A DNA stretch of 64,000 nt from Carcharhinus longimanus (taxonomy: Eukaryota): NCBI GenBank assembly GCA_030264375.1, contig JASCQW010000027.1:63321372-63385371 (forward strand). Reading direction: 5' to 3'. The notes beneath the pieces were generated by a model. It did not search any database, was not told the DNA's origin, and saw only the letters and a program-made list of their open reading frames with translations. Both the position numbers and the translations under genes were made by a program. Below are positions 57,420 through 64,000 of the stretch, piece after piece (position 1 is the first letter of the stretch; each line of letters begins with the position of its first letter).

Positions 57420-58490
57420 CTTAGGGAGTTTTGAAGGAATATTTATTTTAAGATCGTGTAGATGGAAAAGGATTGAGGTTTCTTCTGCATTCTGGGACAT
57501 TGGCATCAGTGCTGGGGAGGAAGAGACCTGTTCCAAGGAGACAGTCTTCATCTAAATCATGCTGGGACCAGAGTCCTAGCAAATAACATAACTAGGGCTG
57601 TAGATACGGCTTTAAACTAAATAGTTGGGGGGTGGGGTCACTTGTATGGCAAATTAGAAAACCCAAATTGAAGGAAGCGGTAAGAGTGCAGGTTAGCGAT
57701 GCGGCAGAGTTACCATTACAGTAAAAGAGAGAGACAGAACAGGTGATGTTGTGCGCGTTCGTCAGAAAAATGGGAAGGTGACATTATCTAAATGGGGAGA
57801 GACTTCCAGGTGCACCAGTGCAGAGGGATCAAGGTGTCCTTGTATTTGAGTCACAGAGAACTAGCCTGCAGGTATGGTAGATAATAAAGCAAATGGAATG
57901 TTGGCATTTATAGCTAAAGGAATAGAATATAAAGGTAAGGAAGTATTGTTGCAATCATACAAGGCATTGGTGAGGCCACATCTGGAATATTGTGCACTGT
58001 TTTGGTCCCCTTATTTGAGGAAAGATGTAGTGGCATTGGAGGCAGTTCAGAGGAGTTCACTGGATTGATTTCAGAGATGAGAAGTTTGTCGTATGAAGAG
58101 AGATTGAACAGTTTAGACGTATACTCGCTGGAATTTAGAAGAATGAGGGGAGATCAAGTTGACGTATACAAAACAATAAAAAGGTATGGATAAATTAGAC
58201 ATGGAGTGAATGCTCTCACTGGTGGAGCATTCGAGGATGAGAGTCTTAGGATAAGGGGTAGCAAATTTAAAACAAATTGAGGAGAAATTCACTACCCCAA
58301 AGTGTGGTGGATGCTCGGACAATAAGTAAATTTAAGGAGGAGTTAGACAGATTTTTACTTGGTGATAGCTTGAAGGATTATGAGGAGAAAGCAGGAAAAT
58401 GGGGATGAGAAGCATATCAGCCATGATCAAATGATGGAGCAGACTCGATGGGCCGAATGGCCAATTCTGCTTCTATATTTTGTGAACTTA
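57420..58490 (+). mobile_element. Internally deleted CR1: ORF1 esterase C-terminus joined to ORF2 3' end
   Basis: GHWHQ.WG..DLF..D.LHLNHAGTRVLANNITRAVDTALN* (57495-57620), then KANGMLAFIAKGIEYKGKEVLLQSYKALVRPHLEYC and a CR1 tail. Confidence 0.85.
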
Positions 58491-59374
58491 TTCTGAGCAT
58501 TTTATATGACTTGGAGATCAGAAAAGGAACAGCAACACCAGGAAAAGGACCATGGGCCAAGTAATTCCTCAGATCTCCACCAGATGGTGTGACAGAAGCA
58601 AGATTGTGTGAGCAATGCTGAGTGTTGAACAATGTTGAAGACTGCAGAGTAGGTAGAATTGTTTTCCAAATCTAAAGGGCCTATGTACTTAAAATGGCAT
58701 TTGGCTAGTCAGTCACCATAAACAAAGCCACCCTATACCAGAATTAAAAATAGATGTAGGAAAATTATTGCACAGATCATCAACATAAATGAAGATCACC
58801 TCACACCGCCCTCAGCTGCCCCACCACCTCAATGTTGGAAGGAATGTGAAATTCTATTAATTGCACATGCTTAGAATACATGGATATGTTTGGTAACTCT
58901 CCTCAATTGTTCAGAGGCCACCTAATAGAAATATTAATAAATACAATTGAAAGGAACAAAAGGGAAAAATAATGGGTAAACTTAATAATTATTGAGAAAT
59001 AGATACTTTTTGATGGTTTGGGGTCAATACCTTATTTTGGACACTAAAAATTTCAGTTACTGAGGAAAAAAAATGGTTGCACGACCTATAATGTTTGGTT
59101 CATTAACATTAGTGCATGGAAATCACGAGCTCTATATATGGTATGTATGTTCTATGGGTACTGGCACATGGAATCAACTCTATGAAGTTTAAACAAAAAA
59201 CCACTTGCAATTTAGAAACTTTGTAATCAGTTGGTACATAATGGGGAGATATATTCTGACATGTTGCTGGGAAGCAAGGTCCCTTACCATTAGTGTGTCC
59301 TCAGAAAATTAGTTTTGACAGAGAAATGCTGTATTTTTATTATACCAATTTATAACATAGCATTTGATAGCATT

Positions 59375-59792
59375 GTGGCCTAGGAACCAAAATGTTGCAA
59401 GTTTAAACCCCACTACTGATAGAAGGACATAATTGATAAAAAAAAATTGAGGGCAATACTGAACAACAGCTTTGTTGTCATTTAGAATGATATATTAAAT
59501 AGAGGCTCAACCAACTGCTTGCATGGATGCATATGAACCAATGGCACTATTTGAAAAACAGCAAGAAACTCACCCCACGTCCTTGACAAATTTATCCCTC
59601 AGCCGATATCACTGAAGCAGATTATCTAATCATTCTATAATATGCTGTTTGTGATTCTTATTGTGGACAAATGGGCTCCTGCACTTAACTGCATAGCGAC
59701 AGTGATAGAATTTCAAATATAATAGTGCTGTAAAAGCCTAGAGGACATTCCAGGATCCGATAAGGTACTTTATACATGCAAATATTTTATTT
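59375..59792 (+). mobile_element. Deu-domain SINE, near full length, diverged
   Basis: ATGGCACTATTTGAAAAACAGCA...AAATTTATCCCTCAGCC...GCAGATTATCT..TCATT...TGCTGTTTGTG; tail TATACATGCAAAT. Confidence 0.75.
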
Positions 59793-59809
59793 ATTATAAT
59801 AATACTGTT

Positions 59810-60715
59810 GAGAATGTGCTAACAATTTTGCGAAGATTAAAAGAGGGGTTAGACAGGATGTGTTTTCTCCCCAGAACTATTCAATTTGAATAGTGAAAAT
59901 ATTCTTAGAGAGATTGAAAATCTTCCTAAATTATTTTTGGAATAAATGACAAAGTTCTTATTGTTGACTCTTATGAGAAACTGCAAAAAAGGATTTGGAT
60001 AGAGTGCTGAGTGAAAATGAGAAGAAAAGCATGAGCATAAATTGTAAGAAAATAAATGCCTAGTAATGTCCAAAAGAAAATACCAGAAATTTAAGATCAC
60101 AATGAAGAATGAAAAGGTCAAACAGATGGACAAATTCTGTTTCTAGGAAATATGTTAAGATTGGACAGGAAGTGTGACCAAGGAATAAGACCAAGGATTG
60201 GAATGGCCAAAAAATTCAGAAAAGATAATAATCAACACAAAATTAACCATGAAAACAAAGCTGAAAATCCAGGAATGCTCTATCACACCAATTCTGACAT
60301 ACAGAGCATTGGACAATCAATGAAGCAATGCACAGAAGAATTGGGGCTGCAGAGTTATGGTTTTTGAGGCAAACAATAGAAGATATCTTGGGTCAAGTCA
60401 CATTACCAATTAGGAGGTACCAGTAAGATCTGAGACCAAAAGAGCTCAACTGACCAAGATCAGGAAGAGGCAGCTGGTATTCCTTAGACATGTAATAAAA
60501 AATAATCATTTAGAAAGTCTGATGCTGATGGGAAAGATCAACGGTAAAAGTGATTGAAGTAGACAAAAAGCAATATTTCTAAACAGCCTGGCAAACTGGA
60601 TGAATGGACTACCATTAAAGATAACCCATGCATTCAGAACAAGATTAACATGGAAGACCAAGTTCACCAACACCCTCTTTGGGCATGGTACCTGAAGAGA
60701 GATTGCTGAAAAGAG
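59810..60715 (+). mobile_element. RTE-clade LINE 3' remnant
   Basis: [63 protein letters not shown]; ends GHGT* with a GA-rich tail. Confidence 0.8.
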
Positions 60716-60748
60716 AGACATGTTACCCAAGCTTTATTTTGCACTCCA

Positions 60749-60934
60749 AGGCCAGAATTTTCTAGCTCTTCTTGCCAGCTGGATCTTCCAATCCTGCCGA
60801 CAGCACACGCCCACCATGGGCTCCAAGCGGTGAGCAGTGCATCTAATGGAAACCATGTCAACCCACTACCGGCCAATGGCGGGCCACTTCCGCCGCCACA
60901 AAACACACAGTGAGTTGCATAGATATTCCTGCCC
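60749..60934. mobile_element. PIF/Harbinger-type MITE
   Basis: TIR-like ends GGCCAGAATTTTCTA / TAGATATTCCTGCCC. Confidence 0.55.
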
Positions 60935-61267
60935 ATAAGGACAAATGTAAAATTGTGAAATATCAAACAAACATTACTAATAGTAATTAAGACAAAATGT
61001 TTCAGCAACCTGTTTCTTTTCAGAAATATTCAAATTCTGTGCTACCAAGCGACTGTTTATTATCATGATATCAAAAGAGATGCAAGGAAAAAGATTTCCT
61101 TTGTTTACTAATAGAAAAATCAAGTATAAAGAATAAGATTAGGGTTTTACTGTAGTAGATAGGGAATTGTTCTCCCTTATGTAGACACAGACTGCAATTC
61201 TGAGTGTTTAATGATGTTATAAACTGGAAATGCAAAATCTGATAGGGGAGATGGTGACACAATGGTA

Positions 61268-61580
61268 TTATCATAGAATCCCTACAATGCAGAAGGAGGC
61301 CATTTGGCCCATTGAGTCTGTACTGACAACAATCCCACTCAGGCCCTATCCCCCTAACCCTACTAATCCCCCTGACTCTAAGGGGCAATTTAGCATGGCC
61401 TATCAACCTAACCCGCACACCTCTGGACTGTGGGAGGAAACTGGAGCATCCAGAGGAAAGCCATACAGACACGGAGAGAACGTGTAAACTTCATACACAA
61501 TCACCCAAAGTTGGAATTGAACCCAGGTCCCTGACACTGTAAGGTGGCAGTGCTAACCACTGCATCACTGCATCACTGCC
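61268..61580 (-). mobile_element. HE1 SINE, full length
   Basis: Minus strand: tRNA-like head (GTGGTTAGCACTGCC...GGGTTCAATTCC), V-domain, CR1 tail ending GGGATTCTATGAT. Confidence 0.9.
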
Positions 61581-61586
61581 CACAAA

Positions 61587-61868
61587 ACTGGACTAGTAAT
61601 CCAGAGACCTAATGCAAGGTCTGGGGACCCATGTTTCCACCATGGCAGATGGTGGAATTAAAGGTCTAATGATGACCATGAAATGATTGTTCTAAAAACC
61701 CATCTGGCTCACTAGTGTTCTTTAGAAAAGGAAATCTGTCATCCTTACCTTGTCTGGCCTATGTGTGATTCCAGAGCCACAGTAATGTGGTTGACTCTCA
61801 AATGTCCTCTTAAATGGAGGGTAGTTGATACCGGGCAATAAATGCTGGCCCAACCATCAACACAAAAA
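61587..61868 (+). mobile_element. tRNA-headed SINE (5'-truncated)
   Basis: GGACTAGTAATCCAGAGACC...AAGGAAATCTG...GGGCAATAAATGCTGGCC; aligns with 63457-63800. Confidence 0.85.
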
Positions 61869-63456
61869 AATTAATATTAATATCCGGTGACTAAATACTC
61901 AGTTGGATGTATCGTTATTGTATTATACAATACTTTATTCTAATATGTGCAGTGCATTTATTCGGATGATGCATTATTATTGTCTTTTGGGTTGTTGAAA
62001 CTGAAAGGGAACAATGCTATGAGACAAAATACTGTAGGTTTGTTTGAGTCAGTGATAATTACATTATACCCTATAGAAATATTTTCCACATACAAGCCTT
62101 CCTTACTAAAACAAAATTAAATGACAACTGCAATATCATTGCAACAAATAGATCATATATATCTTTATTTACAGAACTAGAAAATGTAACTGTACAGTTT
62201 AAAAACTGAAAATTTATTAAAACAGTATAGATATTTGTATATAAAACAAACATTTTATTTTGAATACATTCAACAAAAGAAAAATCTTAAACAATTTGAT
62301 AATTTGTTTGTTTTTAAAAATCACATAAACCCTCGTAAAAGCAGTACCATTGAATCAGTTTGATGGAAACTCTTTAAAGCATGCTGTTTTTTGGAACAAA
62401 TATTGTAGAATATTTACTAAATTCTACATGGCATTGGTATTGCAGCACAGGGAGACCATTTCGACAAATCAGTTGAGTTACTTCATTTTTATTTAATCTG
62501 CCTCCCTTTTCTATTATTCTGAAACTTCTATCTCATTTAATTTTGCTGCAACTTTTAATTAAAATGTTTAAGCTTTAGGTTGCATGGAAATAAGTTGCGA
62601 TATTATTGTTTGCAATACGAACACGGCATCTTGATGTAAAATTTTGTTGCTATTTTAATGGACATTAACCTGGTTATTTATGTGTGTTAATGCTGCTGAA
62701 TGAAAAAGTGCTAAAAGTACAAAGCCATATTAGCTGCCTGCTGGCTTACTAAAATCAAGGGCAGAAGCAAGCCATTCAACCCAACAAGTTCAGGTTAAGA
62801 GCTATGCTCTACTTGTGCATAAAGTTAAGTCTTGCATATCCATCGCTTTGTGGAATTATGGTGCTGCAGTCTAAAGCCCAGTTCAGCAAGTGCCTTTAGC
62901 CTCCATCTTATGGAACATGCATGATAATGGGCCTAATCCAAAGTCCGAAGCATTTCAAAATATCTGAAGAAAAATCATATGGATTCAAAAAATGAACTGT
63001 TTCTCGCTCTACAGATGCTACCAGACCTGCTGGGTTCCTCTATATGAGAGAATTTGTTTTACCTAATTGCTCTGAATTTATCTGTGATACAACTTGTAAA
63101 GTATTTTCAAGCTTGTTCTTAGAACGTGATGTTAATTTGTTTTCTGGTGATATGCTACATGATCGACTGACAGTTTTACTATGAAGCAATGTTCCCTCTA
63201 ATTTGTCTATCCATGTGCATAATGAATTTTGAATTATGTGCCAACATTTAGGTACAGTACAGATGTGCACCACCAGTACAAACAAAAGACCTATATATAT
63301 TTTCAACAAGTTACCTTAGGTATGGTTGAAGAAGGAAGAATCACCTGCAGCCACTAGATCAGCAATATGCTAGACCACAAATCACCTGATTTACTAAGTT
63401 TAGTTTTAAATTTACTGTTGTGGCATTTCAACCATGTCATCTAAGTTTTATGTTCA

Positions 63457-63800
63457 GGGGAGGTAGTGGTGTAGCGGTATTGTCACTGGACTAGTAATCC
63501 AGAGATCCAGAGTAATGCTTTGGGGATGTAAGTTCAAATTCCACTATGGCAGAGGGCGAAATTTGAAATTAATAAAGATCTGGAATTAAAAGTCTAATGA
63601 TGATCACAAAACCATTGTCGATTGTTGTAAAAATCCATCTGATTCACTAATGTCCTTTAGGGAAGAAAATCTTACCTGGTCTGGCCTATCAGACCACAGT
63701 AAATATGGTTGACTCTTAAAATGTCCCCTCAAGGGCAATGAGAAATGGGCAATAAATGCTGGCACAGCCAGCAACACCCACATCCTTTTGAATGAATTGA
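63457..63800 (+). mobile_element. tRNA-headed SINE, full length
   Basis: A box TGGTGTAGCGG (63467), B box GTTCAAATTCC (63532), body, tail CAAGGGCAAT..ATGGGCAATAAATGCTGGC..GCCAGCAACACCCACATCC..TGAATGAA. Confidence 0.85.
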
Positions 63801-64000
63801 AGAAAGTACCATATCCACTACACTACCATATATAAGAGGCATTTGTTAGCTATTATATTGTAGCTTGTATTTTGTTCATTTAATGGAAGAGTTGAATGAC
63901 TCAGGACAAGTATCTTTTCTTTTAATTTGACGAGCTCAAAATAGAAACAGCTAGATAGAAAATGTGCCAAAGGCAACTTCTACTTCTAAAACTTATTGGG

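Noticed and set aside
63457-63550. tRNA-like A/B boxes here and at 12331, 24150-24235, 40075 and 52270
   Set aside because: They continue into SINE bodies and do not form a clean cloverleaf, so they are not tRNA genes.
62700-64000. ARHGAP18 terminal coding exon on the minus strand
   Set aside because: No sequence matching the recalled C-terminal peptide was found.

Overview
Vertebrate genomic DNA, almost certainly from a shark: it carries HE1/V-SINEs, Deu-domain SINEs, CR1/HER1 LINE tails and Penelope palindromes. Short N gaps fall mostly inside repeats. The window holds the 3' end of laminin subunit alpha-2 (LAMA2) on the + strand. Nineteen GT-AG coding exons from 1497 to the TAA at 42352-42354 splice into one open frame of 2781 nt (926 aa plus stop), covering the end of LG1 through LG5. 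Diagnostic features are the alpha2 RRKRR furin site and a 12-nt microexon (15926-15937) that the ORF track misses. A candidate extra 60-nt in-frame exon lies in the LG3-LG4 hinge (24714-24773). The rest is intron and intergenic DNA full of decayed elements: CR1, RTE, Rex1-like and Penelope retroelements, several SINE families, at least three PIF/Harbinger transposase remnants with MITE derivatives, and LTR-like pieces. The most unusual repeat signal is a tRNA-headed SINE whose 5' body also leads directly into a LINE endonuclease ORF and whose tail matches a LINE 3' end. Nearly all ORFs in the supplied track are spurious or repeat-derived. Human exon numbers and sequences are recalled from memory, not searched.
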